Assembly: GCA_045132235.1 (NCBI GenBank)
Contig: JBGURX010000038.1
Coordinates: forward strand, 5,708 to 69,707
Direction: 5' to 3'
From: Bacteroidales bacterium
GTDB lineage: Bacteria > Bacteroidota > Bacteroidia > Bacteroidales > WCHB1-69
Length of the DNA stretch: 64,000 nucleotides
Shown here: positions 39,441-51,000 of the stretch, one piece after another
Layout: every line of letters starts with the position of its first letter
How positions within the stretch are numbered: the first letter of the stretch is position 1
Notes under the pieces: model-generated
What the model was told of the DNA's origin: nothing
The model's database searches: none
What the model saw: only the letters and a program-made list of their open reading frames with translations
Translations under genes and position numbers: made by a program

Positions 39441-41954
39441 TTATTGAAAGCTGTAATTGATGCCGATGTAGAAGGTCAGTCCCTGTGCATAATAGTACTT
39501 GTTGGGGAACTTGTTGACATTGTAGCCGCTGTAGTCGAAACGGCGCTGCTCCCAGCCGGAGGTCACGAGGTTCTTGTTGTTGGTGAGGTTGGTGATGCTG
39601 ACGTTGAAGCCGATGGTGTTACTCTTCACCTTCCACGACTTGCTGACGGAGAGGTCGAGAGTGAACTGGCCTTTGCAACGCTCTTGGGCGACCAGCTGCT
39701 GGTAGAGCTCGCTGTTCACATCCAGCGTGCCACGAGCCGCCGTGGTGCGACGCTCGGGGTTCATATCCACATAAATCTTGTCGAAATAGTTGGCATTGAG
39801 ATTGACATACCAATACTTGTAGTTGAATTTCAGACCGAGGGTACCGGCCACCTGCGGGGTGCCGGCCACGTGGAAGTTCTTCCAATACACCAGCTCGTCA
39901 TATTCGCTCTTTCCATTGCCCAAAATATCGTAGCCGTTGTCGGCCGTGATGGTGACATTCGGACGGCTGGTATAGATATAGTCGCCGTAGTTGCCCGCCA
40001 GCGCGATGGTGAACATCGAGCCGATCGGAATCTCCACGCCCAGCTCCACGCCCATGTTCCGCTTGTCGATGCCTGTCATGGCATAGTTCACGAAGCTGCC
40101 GTAGTCGTCGTGGTAGAAGCTGAACTGGTCGGTGACATCCATGAACTTGTAGTAATACATCGAGAGGCGCATCCGCATGAAGGGATAGCGCATGATGTAG
40201 GAGAAATCGGCGCCGAGGTCTTTCTCGCTCACCAGATTCTTCACATAGTCGTTGCGAATGGTGGGGCTGATGAAAGCATCGAGGATGCTGGGAGCCTGCG
40301 TCTGCCACTGGGCATTCAGCACCAAATAGTTACGACCGTTAATCTTGTAGGTAAGACCGGCTTTCACGCCATAGTCGGGGAAGAATTTCTTTTCGGAGCT
40401 GCCCTGCGAGTTGTCGGGGAAACGGCCGTTGCGCATGTAACCCACGCGCCACATCTCGGTAGCGGTGGCGTTCAAGCCCACGTGGAAGTCGATATGGCTG
40501 TAGGCGAACTTGGCCGTGGCCCAGAGGTTCTGCTTGAAGATGTTGTAGGTGTAGTCGTAGCCGAACTTGTCGCCCACGCCGAGGTGTGCGCCGATGTTGT
40601 CGAGGTCGTCGTACAGCAGGTAGGGATTTTCAGGACTTTCGCCGTCGGCGTACTTGTCTTCATTCAACCAGTAGGCACCTCCCAACAAATCATTGATGGT
40701 CTTGTAATTGCGCTGATGATAGCCGCGGATGTCGATACCGCCGGCCAGTTTGATGTGGTCAGAAAGGTTGGCCACGACATTCGAGGAGCCCGACACCTGC
40801 ACATGGTCGATGACGCGGTTTTCCACGATATACTGGGCGCGCTCGTCGGAGGCGGCGGCCAGCTGGTTGACTTCATAGAAGTGGTCCCAGTCGAGCTGGC
40901 GGAAGTCGCGGTTATGCAGCCACTGGTCGGTGTACCATGCCTGCAGGGTGGTGTCGTCGGTGATGTAGCTGGGCAGGTAGCGGTAGTAGTCGGGACGCGG
41001 GTCCGGCACGTCGGCCCAGTTGAGCGAGGTGGTGCTCTGGCGGCCGAAGCTGCTTCCTATATTCGTGGTAATTTGATATTTACCATTTTCAGGGGTAAAG
41101 AAATGCGAGAGCATGAACACCGGCTCGTAGGTATCGCGAATGCGGGCGTTGCGTTTCTTGCCGTTGTACCAGCCCCAGTTGGAGTTGTAGTAGTGGTCGC
41201 CGGTAAGGTCGTACACCTCCTGTGTGGAGTTGCTTTGCAGACTCTTGGAGGTGGGAGACCCCCACAGCGAGAGGTTGAGGGCGTGCTCGTTGTTGATGCG
41301 TTTTTCTGCGGAGAAGAAGTAGGCGAAGCCCGTGTAGGAGCTACCGTCCGCGTAGCTCAGCTGGCTGCCGAAGCGCGTGGAGGCGGAGGCGGCGAACGCC
41401 CAGCCGTTCTTCATCAGGCCGGTGGCGTAGGTAAGCATGATGCGGTTGTTGTAGTTGCGGTTGCACAGCGAGTAGTTGGCATGGAACTGATGGCGATAGT
41501 TGGAGGCGCGGGTGCTGTAGTTGGTGGAGCCGCCCACGTCGCCGAAATTGAAGGTCACGGGGTCGAGGTTCGCCACATTCTCGGGCCAGCGGAACACGCG
41601 GTTGAGGCCACCCCATTGGGCGTAGGTGGCGCGCCCCGTCACGAGGCTCTCCATTTCCAGCCCGTTGATGGCAATAGTCTGGTACTTCGAGTCGATGCCG
41701 CGGGCCTTGAAGTAGGCGATGCCGAAGGCGTAGGAAGTGTTGCTGCTGTAGATGTCGCGCGACGAGTGCAGCAGTCCGGGCACGAAGCCGCCGGCGGTAG
41801 ATTCCTCATCGTCGAGCCCTTCCGTGTCGAAGGAGGGCACCTCCGCGCCGCCGCGAGTGTTCGCAACGCTGTCAGTTTGCGTTTGATCTTCTTGTGAAAA
41901 TCCTGTAAAGCAAATCATTACAAGAGATAAAACGAGCCATAACGCTTTTTTCAT
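39441..41954 (-). CDS. TonB-dependent-receptor-like outer-membrane beta-barrel (no SusD partner)
   Basis: Start moved to ATG 41954 (MKKALWLVLSLVMICFTGFSQ). Plug-like segment FKARGIDSKYQTIAINGLEM, about 800 aa of alternating strands, and an aromatic C-terminus (GINYSFQ). Confidence 0.72.
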   Translation of the reverse strand: MKKALWLVLSLVMICFTGFSQEDQTQTDSVANTRGGAEVPSFDTEGLDDEESTAGGFVPGLLHSSRDIYSSNTSYAFGIAYFKARGIDSKYQTIAINGLEMESLVTGRATYAQWGGLNRVFRWPENVANLDPVTFNFGDVGGSTNYSTRASNYRHQFHANYSLCNRNYNNRIMLTYATGLMKNGWAFAASASTRFGSQLSYADGSSYTGFAYFFSAEKRINNEHALNLSLWGSPTSKSLQSNSTQEVYDLTGDHYYNSNWGWYNGKKRNARIRDTYEPVFMLSHFFTPENGKYQITTNIGSSFGRQSTTSLNWADVPDPRPDYYRYLPSYITDDTTLQAWYTDQWLHNRDFRQLDWDHFYEVNQLAAASDERAQYIVENRVIDHVQVSGSSNVVANLSDHIKLAGGIDIRGYHQRNYKTINDLLGGAYWLNEDKYADGESPENPYLLYDDLDNIGAHLGVGDKFGYDYTYNIFKQNLWATAKFAYSHIDFHVGLNATATEMWRVGYMRNGRFPDNSQGSSEKKFFPDYGVKAGLTYKINGRNYLVLNAQWQTQAPSILDAFISPTIRNDYVKNLVSEKDLGADFSYIMRYPFMRMRLSMYYYKFMDVTDQFSFYHDDYGSFVNYAMTGIDKRNMGVELGVEIPIGSMFTIALAGNYGDYIYTSRPNVTITADNGYDILGNGKSEYDELVYWKNFHVAGTPQVAGTLGLKFNYKYWYVNLNANYFDKIYVDMNPERRTTAARGTLDVNSELYQQLVAQERCKGQFTLDLSVSKSWKVKSNTIGFNVSITNLTNNKNLVTSGWEQRRFDYSGYNVNKFPNKYYYAQGLTFYIGINYSFQ

Positions 41955-41985
41955 ATCCTTAATTTTGGTGATACTTTTCCATCTG

Positions 41986-41993
41986 CAAAAATA
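41986..41993 (-). promoter_or_regulatory. -7 box (TAnnTTTG) for the receptor/lipoprotein operon
   Basis: Plus strand reads CAAAAATA, which is TATTTTTG on minus, 31 nt upstream of the ATG at 41954 and downstream of the giant-gene terminator. Confidence 0.5.
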
Positions 41994-42017
41994 CATCAAA
42001 ATATTGAAACATCCACC

Positions 42018-42064
42018 AAAAAAAAGAAAAGAGGCGATGGAAGATTTTTCACTTCCACCGCCTC
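42018..42064 (-). terminator. Rho-independent terminator of the giant gene
   Basis: The minus-strand RNA reads GAGGCGGUGGAAG-UGAAAAAU-CUUCCAUCGCCUC, a 13-bp stem with one G-U pair, followed by UUUUCUUUUUUUU. It begins 23 nt after the stop codon. Confidence 0.8.
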
Positions 42065-42087
42065 TGAAAAGGCATTTTTGAGGCTGA

Positions 42088-45000
42088 CTACTTGGTCACC
42101 ACCAATTTCTTGGTGATCACCTTGTCGTTGTCGCGGAGGTTCACGAAGTAAACACCTGCTGACCAGCCATTCACATTCAGATCGATGGTACCGGTGTGCG
42201 TTCCATTGACAGCGTACACCACCTTGCCGCTCATATCGGTCACCGTCAGCTGGGCGCCATCCACAGTACATTGTACATGGACGATGTCGCGAGCCGGGTT
42301 CGGATAGAAATCGAGCTGGCTGAGGTCGTTGTCGTTGATACCCATAGGAGCGCCATTGGGGCTGGCAGGCACGCTGTAGTTCACGGTAGCCGTAGAGAGC
42401 ACTGTGCTCGTAGATACGGCAGACTGACCGCCAGCGTACTGGGAACCGTTGTAAGCGATACCCACATCACTACCACGCTCCATTTCAACCAAGGTAAACA
42501 CAATCTGATATTCACCCGGCTGGTTCCAAGTAGCATTAATCTGGCTATTGGTAGCTTCCATGAAGTGGAGATAGAAGTAGTTGAAGTTGAACATGTTCAT
42601 CAAGCTGAAGGTGTTTTCAATCATGTTGCCGCTTCCCTGCTCCAGGTCACTGCCCACATAGGTGTTCAATGCCGGGAAGTAGGTAGAGATGTGGATGTTG
42701 GCCACATTGTTCACCGTTGACATCGGCTGTTCACCTCTGAGAATCACATAGTTGACAGCCAATTGAGTATTCGGCTCATAGCCGTTACCCTCACAGGTCA
42801 TCTCCACAGTGGAAGTAGCAGACTGAACGGTCGCTTCATTGTAACCATTCACCAGCAGAGTCGGCAGCGTGCCATCGCCCTCTTCCTCTTCAACGGCATC
42901 CACCGTGAAGGTGATGTTGGCCGTGGACAAAGTATCGCCTACCGTGCTGAAATAACCGCCAATGTTACGGGTATGGCCATTGAACGTGTAGGTCAGATTC
43001 TGGTCTTGACCATCGTTACGGCTCATCAAAGCAAAGGCGATCTCGTACTCACCGGCTTCCGTGAAAGAATGGGTAATCTTGTTATCCCTGCCATTCAGGA
43101 AGTGCATGTAGAAGTAATCGAGGTAGTTGACACTGAATCTGAAGGTGTTGCCCGGGATGGTGCCTTCGGGTTCATAGACCACTTCACCAACATAGTTGTT
43201 CAGCAGCCAGGTACCCATATAGAGCTCACCACCGCAATCAGCATTGATATTGGTTACCAGCTCACCATCCTTGAAGACTGAGTAAGCGATGGCCACCTTG
43301 GTATCTTGATCCATGCTGTTGGCGTAAGCAATGAGGCTGTACTCATTTTCACCTGTTTCTTCAGCCACCATGAACGCTTCACCGTTATGCGAATCGGTCA
43401 CCGTCAGTTGCAACGTAACAATACTGTCGCAACCGGTAGCAGCCGTCAGATTGACGGTTTGCGAGCCGGCGGACTCGAAGATGAGGCCATTCCATTCATA
43501 CGGCAGTTCAGTTACGTCGATGGATTCTTGAACCGTCACATTATAGATCGGGTTGATGGTCAGATTGACCTCGAAATAGGTATCGCAGCCTTCCTGTTCC
43601 GGAATATAACCGGTGATCACATCATCACCACTGGTATATTCAATACCGTCAGGTGCAACATAGGTAGTACCCTCGCAAATTGCTGTATCAATCAACAGGG
43701 TAGGATTCTCATTAATCACGATGGTGACATTTTCGCTGACCACGCAAGCACCGGCATACACGCTGTAGGAGATTGCGGACTCGAACTGGTCTGCATCAAG
43801 CGACAGTACATTACTACCAATAACAGTTTCGTTGTCAATGGTCCATCTGATTGTGTCGGCATTGCCACTGACTTCGAGTGACAGAGCAGCCGTTTCAGCA
43901 TTGGCGCAGACTTCAGTACCGAACAGTTCCACTGTCAGCATCGGGTCGAAGACGATCGTCACGCGGCGGATGCTGTCGCAGCCGTTGGCAGCCTGCTGAG
44001 CGTACACCACGTTCACGGTGGTGTCACCCATCACCTCAAACTCCTGCCCGTTCTCACTATAGATGAACGGCATGTCTTGGTCGGCGCAGAAGTGAACCGT
44101 ACTGTCTGCATAGGCCGTCGGCAAAATATGCAGCGTCAACTGGGTGATGCTGTCGCAAGCGTTGTCAGTCTCATCATAGTTGTAAGTCACAACGACGTAA
44201 CCGTCCTCGTCCTCTACCCAGTCGCTGGTATTGGCACGTGTCACAGGCATATTGCGCAGCTCGGCGATTTCCTCAGCGGTCAGTTCAAATCCGTTTTCTG
44301 AATAGCCGTATCCCTCGCAAACCTCGCCGCTGACCTCAGCAAAGCCGAATTCGTCATTGTACACCGGATTGATGGTCAAGGTAAGGCGGGCATAGAAGAT
44401 ACCGCAATCGGTACGGCCTGTCTCCACCATGGTTACATACGTTCCAGTCTCAGCAGTTTCGTCTGCACTCACATTGAAGATGTCATCCACATAAGGCTCG
44501 CCTCGGCAAACCGAAGCCTCATAGTCAACAGTGTCGCCCACCGGAACAGCGGTCAGCACGACGGAGTCGGTAACTGAGCAGCTGATAAACGGGAAATCAG
44601 AGATGGGTTCGAAGGTCTGGTTCTGGTCAGGATCGATAATCTGCTGATCATTGGGCTGATCAATGACAGGAGCATACGGCAGATAGTTGTTTGTTCCTGT
44701 GAGATAGATGGTCACGGTTTCGTTCACCGTCACACTGGCTTGAAGCGGGTCGTTACCCACGATTGCCGTACCTGCCGGACCCCAAGTGTAGTCATCGGCA
44801 TTTCCAGTAGCCGTCAAAACAATCTCCCGACCTTCGCAAACACGTGTACCCGGAGTGTAGATGCCCACTTCAGGCAGCGGGAGGAGGAAGATGGTCAACG
44901 TAACCGTGCTGTCGCAACCGGCCTCTGTCTGGCCATTCAAGGTGAACACAGCGGTATTGGCACCGTTAGCCACCTGTGCGATGGTGTCGGCAGAGAGGGT

Positions 45001-48000
45001 GAAGTTATTATCCTCGTACGGAGCATTCTCGCAAACGAAAGCCGTGTCGAACAGTGCATAGGCCGGATTCACCGTCAGGGTGAAGGTGACCACCGTGTCG
45101 GATACCTGATACGGGTCGGAGAACTCGATCTGCTGAGGTTCTTCAGTGGAAGCCGTGAATTCATGACCGTGATATACGAACGGCACTTCGGTGGAGCAGA
45201 TAACCGTGTCGAGGTCCATATACACCGTGTCAACAGAGTAGTGCATCACTATAGAGTCAACAGCGAGGTCGCCGGCGATTCTGGTAGAGCCGCCACCACC
45301 CACCAAGTGCGGGTCATTCTGATTGAAGGTCAGGACATAGTCTTCACCTCCTTCGCGGCCACGCAGGTAGAACTTGATCTTGTAATCACCCGGCAAATCC
45401 CAACGTGCAGTGAGTTGGCTCGGGGCCTGGTTGAGGAAGTCAAGGTAGAAGTAGGTGTAGTAATAGTTCATTATTCTGAAGGTATTGGCGGGAATGCTGC
45501 CCGTACCCGTACGCAGCTGTCTGCCGAAGGATCCGTGTGCATCGGCATAGTAAGTGCTGAAATAGACATATCCGAAGTCTTCCACATTGTCGAGGATTTC
45601 ACCGTTACGGTAAATCTCATAGTCAACAGCGACCTTCATGTTGTCAAGACCGCCGCTGGTGACATCCACGCTATACTGAGCGGTCTCACCCAACTCAGCA
45701 GCCTCGGTGACCGTATTGATGTCGAAGCCGGTGGTAGAGGTACCCAGTACGATATGGAGGATGCTGTCGCAACCATTTTCACGCTGGTAAACGATATCAT
45801 ACTCACCTTCGGTTTCGTAGATATGGTCGTCATCGTAAGCGTAAGGCAGCTGCATCGGAGCCACCGTCACATGGAGGGTGTCGCTGTATGCGCTGTTCAC
45901 TGTCAGATGCAGGTTGTAAGTGGCGGTGCAATCGCCGTAAGGAGCATCCGTCGTGTAGTTGCCAGATTCTGTATAGGTTTCACCGGTCACATCCCAGATG
46001 AACGAACCGCAAGCCATCGCAGCGGTGTCGATGACCACGCTGCCGTCGGTGCTGTGAAGCAGATGCAAAGTGGTAATCAAGCTGTCGCAACCCGAAGCGT
46101 AACGCACTGTATCGTAGAAGTCACCGACGCCGGTGTAGGTCACGCCATTCCATGTGTAGCTGCTGCAGTCATCGTTCAAGGTCACCGTGAACTCGTCATA
46201 AGAGACCGTGTTGACCGTCACGTTAATCGGATACATCTGGTAATTGCCTTCATTACCGGCGAAGACCTCGTAGTAGCCTGCACCCGTAATTTCAGTGCCA
46301 TATTCGTAGAAGGGCAGATCACGTTCGCAAACCACCGTGTCGAGGCTCGGCATTGTATCCACAACACCCACATGGAAGTTGATGTAACGGATATCAGCAA
46401 AAATTCTGCCATTAGGCTGAGAACCTGCGCCACCCATCACCTGACCGTGGTCATCCGTATAAGCATAGTCCATACCGCCATCCATGCCGATCACCACCAG
46501 TTCGAGTTTGTACTCGCCGGGTTCATTCCAGCTGGCCGTCACCGTGTTGGTGAGGGTAGCGAAGTAGTCGGCATAGAAGTAGTCGTAATCGTAGTTGTAG
46601 AGCGAGAAGGTGTTGCCCGGGACATTACCGGTACCCGTTCTCACCACATCACCGAACTGCTGACCCACCTCAGGCATATAGGTGGAGATGCTCACACTGC
46701 CATAGTCGCTCACAATGTCAATCAGCGTGTCGTTCTTATAGAGATTGTAGGAGATGGCCATTTGTGCACCCGGATAGTCGCAATCCTTGCGGAGGTTGAA
46801 TTCCGCAGAAGCAGCCTGGTTCACCGGCATCACCACGTCGGCAACCGGAACATCCAGATAAGGCTCGTTGGAGATGGTGAACTCAAGGGAGTACACGATG
46901 CTGTCGCATGCGTGATTATCAAGGTCGCTGAAGCTACTGACGCAAGGCACCACCTGTGTACGATAGATAACGGTGTCAGCCATTGTCACATCACCGATGG
47001 CCTCACCCGTCACAGGCCACACATAGGGCTGCAGCGGGTTGTTGCAGTAATGTACTCTCACAGAACGCTCGATCGGATAGGTCACATCCAGCATGAGATA
47101 TACCACACTGTCGCAGCCGCCGTCCGTCGTATATTTGAAGGTGTAGGCACCCGAGTGATCGCAGACGGTTGGCGGATAGTAATCGGGATCAAACACATAG
47201 TTGAGGTCAGAGGCACAGATATGGACAGTCGTATCCTTTGCGATGAGATTGACGCGGAGTGAAGCCTCGGCAGTGGCCGAACAGCCGTTCTCTGCATCGT
47301 ATCCCGTCACCGTATAAACCCATGTACCCTGAGCCGCCGGTGTAGCGTTCACATCGGCACCCACTTGAGCGTCAAGTCCTTCACCGCTCCATGAGAAGGT
47401 TGCACCTTCCAATGTGCTGCTGGCACTCAGGTGGTAGGAAGGACCAAGGCAAACGGTGTCAAAAGCAGGAGTAACCGTGAGGTGGAGTGACGGATGAACC
47501 GAAATCTGCACCGCATTGCTGTAGCCCACGCCGCATGCGTTGGTGTCGGCATAGCGCAGCCACATATTGTTCCACGTATCAGCATCCACACCGTTGTTCA
47601 CATCCACAGCCGTGAGGGTGTTATCAGCGGTAAGGGCGCTGTCGGCACTCAAGTACCAGAACGTGGCCAGTGAATTCAAGCCGCCATCGTCCACAACCTC
47701 AGGTGTCTCAAGGTTGAATTCGTCGCCGGAGCAGTAGGTGGCGCCTGAATAGGCAAGCTCACCCAGTGTCGGGACATCGTTCACCAGCAACAACACGGAA
47801 TCGGTATGCATTGCACCACATTCATTGCCAATGTAGTAGCGCACCCATGTGTTGTTCATACCATAGTCGATGATGGTGTCATCGGAGAAGCGGATGTAAT
47901 AGTCTGAACCGTAAACTGCCGTGTACTCCCAGCCTTTCACGATAGTACCACCGAACTCATGTGTTACAGGCGGAACGACGGCCAAAGTCTGACCGGCACA

Positions 48001-51000
48001 AACCGCACCTTCAAGCGCGGTGAGGTTCTCTGCCCAAGGAGACTCCCAGAACTCCAGCGTGATGGTGTCGGACAACACCTCGCCGCAGCCATTGGAAGCA
48101 TAATACCATGCCTTCACCGTATCAGAATAGCGGAACTCCTGTGAGGCATTGAAATCAACATCCTCGCCATTAATGTTCAGACGCCAGCCTTGTTGAGTAT
48201 CGGCATTGCTGTTGTTGTGCCACTCGATTTCAGGCACGTAGGAATCCCAATCGAAGGTGGTCGGTGCACACATCGGGTCGGGCTGCTGCAGTGATGCAAC
48301 AACCGGCAGGCTATCCACCGTAATCTGAACGGCATTGCTGTAGCCTGTCTCGCAGAGTGTGGTCACATAGTAGCGCACCCACCAGCCGTTGTAGCTTTCG
48401 CTCACGGCAACTGAATCGGTGAACTCTTGGAAAGTCACACCATCCTGTGAGCATTCCCAACCCTGTGCCTCCACTGTTACGCCAAGTTCTGACAGATAGG
48501 TGGTGAACGACGGGGTTGCAATACCCAGCGGATTGCGGGCGCAAATGCGTGCAGGAGCCTCGATAGTGGCAATATCAGCAGGATTCAGCACATAGATGGT
48601 CTTGGACTTGCACTCGGTGGCACCGCAGACTTCAGATTCCAGTCTCACGAAGTAAGAGGTGGTAACCGTCGGGGTGACTGTCACAGAAGCGTAGCTGCTT
48701 TCCATACCCCGTGAAATCTCCACGCCGTCGCAGCTTCCAGAGGTCCACACGTAATCAGTAATGTCGCCTTGTGAAGCACCCACAGCCGAAATGGTGGCAG
48801 ACTGACCTGCGCAAATGATCGTATCGGTAGCGTTGAGCTCCATTTCCTCGACAGAAGAAGGATTGCAGATCCTCACAGAGAATCTACGAGCGTTTTCTGA
48901 TACACAGCCGAACTGAGTCTCACCTGTGAGGGTGTAATAAATGTTACCCAAGAAGTAGCGGTTGGAAGTTGCTGACGGGAAGTCGCTGGTGGAAGCCGTA
49001 GCATCCGCGCCATAACCCGCATGTACTTTCAACACGTTGGTACTCGGAGCGGTCAGCACATCGCCGATGTGAATACCCTGTGTATTGTTGGACGAAATAC
49101 CATAAGGTCTGAAATAGAGGTTAGCATCGCTCATCACATAGAAGCTGAATTTCTGACCAGCGTAAATTTCGACAGGATTGTCCAACGGGATGTTGCAAAG
49201 CGTTGCCTGGGTCTGGTGGAGGTTTCCATTGTAAACGAGGTTCCAGCCCGCGCTGTTGGTGGCTGCACCCTCGCAGCTACCCAAACGGCAATACACCTTG
49301 ACATTCGATGCGTTGTTTGCATTGTCGGAGTAACGCGGGTAGAAGCTGATGGTGTCCACCGTAAGGTTGGCGCTGGCGGTCAGATCCACAAAGACACCCT
49401 TTCCGTCTCTATCGTAAATATCCAGTTCTTCCGGATTGGTGGAGAAGGAACCCGACACCGAGATCAGGTCGGTGGCAGCGTATGCAAAGAAGTAATTATT
49501 ACCACTAGCGTAATCATAGGGAGGCTCAATATGGAACGCTTCCCCACTGTTGCTATAGCCAAGGAAGTTGTTATCGGCATCCATCCACAGCAGCCACGGC
49601 TGTTCTTGCTCGGCGTCACTTTGAGCGTATGCAGTCTGACCAGCGAGCAGGATTTCAGATCCGCGACAAACACGATTGCTGGCAGCAGGTTCTCCATTTT
49701 CATCGGACACGTATGCAATGCTAGGTCTATCGATTGCTGTTATGGTCACACTGACTTCAGTAAGCTGTGACTCGCAGAGGTATCTTTCGGGGAAGTAGTA
49801 ATGGATACGCACATAACCGTTCTGGGTATTGCCATCGGGTTTAGCGGGGTAAACGGATACGCTGCCCGCGAGGGTTTGTGCGTCGGTGAGGTAGAGGTTG
49901 CTGTTGAGCAGGCAACCTGACGGGTAGTTCTGTGCGGTTTCTTCGGTATAGATGTAGCCGCTACCGCCGCCACCGCCGCCGTTGATGTTACTGCCTGCGC
50001 CAGCGGCACCGCCGTACCAGCCGCCGCCGCCACCGCCGCCATTGAGGGCGACACCTGTATAGGCTCTACCGAAGGCATTGTTGCTATGGTCGCCAGAATA
50101 GGTCTGGCCACCGCCCTCGCCGCCGGGCACCTCCTGCGTGCCACTCAAGCCCGACTCGCCGATTCCGCCGGCCAAACCGCCGCCGCAACCACCAGCCACT
50201 TGATAATTGCCGCCCATATAGCCGCTACCGCCGCCACCACCAGCCACAATCAGACGGCTGAAGTAGTGGTCGTTGCTGTTCACATCGGCATGGAGGAGGG
50301 AGATGTCGGATGCACCGCCACCGCCACCGCCGATACCTTCAGACGCGGGCTGACCGCCGTTGTAACCGCCGTTGTTGACGTGGCCATTGACACTGCCGCC
50401 CACATACACAAACAGGGAGTCAATGCCTTCGAGCTGGGTGAGCGTACCGCGGGAGTAACCGCCACGGCCGCCTTTCGCCTCAGTAAAATCAGTTATCATG
50501 TTACCGCCATCGGCACCCCACACCTCCATGGTGATACGGGTAGCCTCAGCGGGGATTGCGAAGCCCTGCACATCGCCAGTGAACACGAAGTCGCGCTGGC
50601 CCTCCACCGAGGAGGCAAGCAGGCTACGATAAGCCTTCACGTAGTAGGTGGTATTGGCAATGTTCTTGCCGCCTTCGAGATCGAAATAGATACCGCGGTT
50701 CACCTCTTGCGTGCAAGCGGCATCGGAGTACCAAATATAAGTATAGCTATCATCAGGATTGTCAATCACCAGTCTGCCGGGAGTACCGCAAACCAACTGC
50801 AGGTTTTCCACTTCAGGCTGTACGAGTTCCTGTATCGTGATGATAACCGGAGTAGGATCAATCAAACAGAGTGTATCATATCTGGGAGCGAGATAGGAGA
50901 TGATGGCGACGCCATTGCCTTCGCGGCCGGTGATGCTTGCACCGCCTTCCGGATTCGGCATGGCAGCGTTGCCAGAGATCAGGGCAGGACTGTAGAGGAC

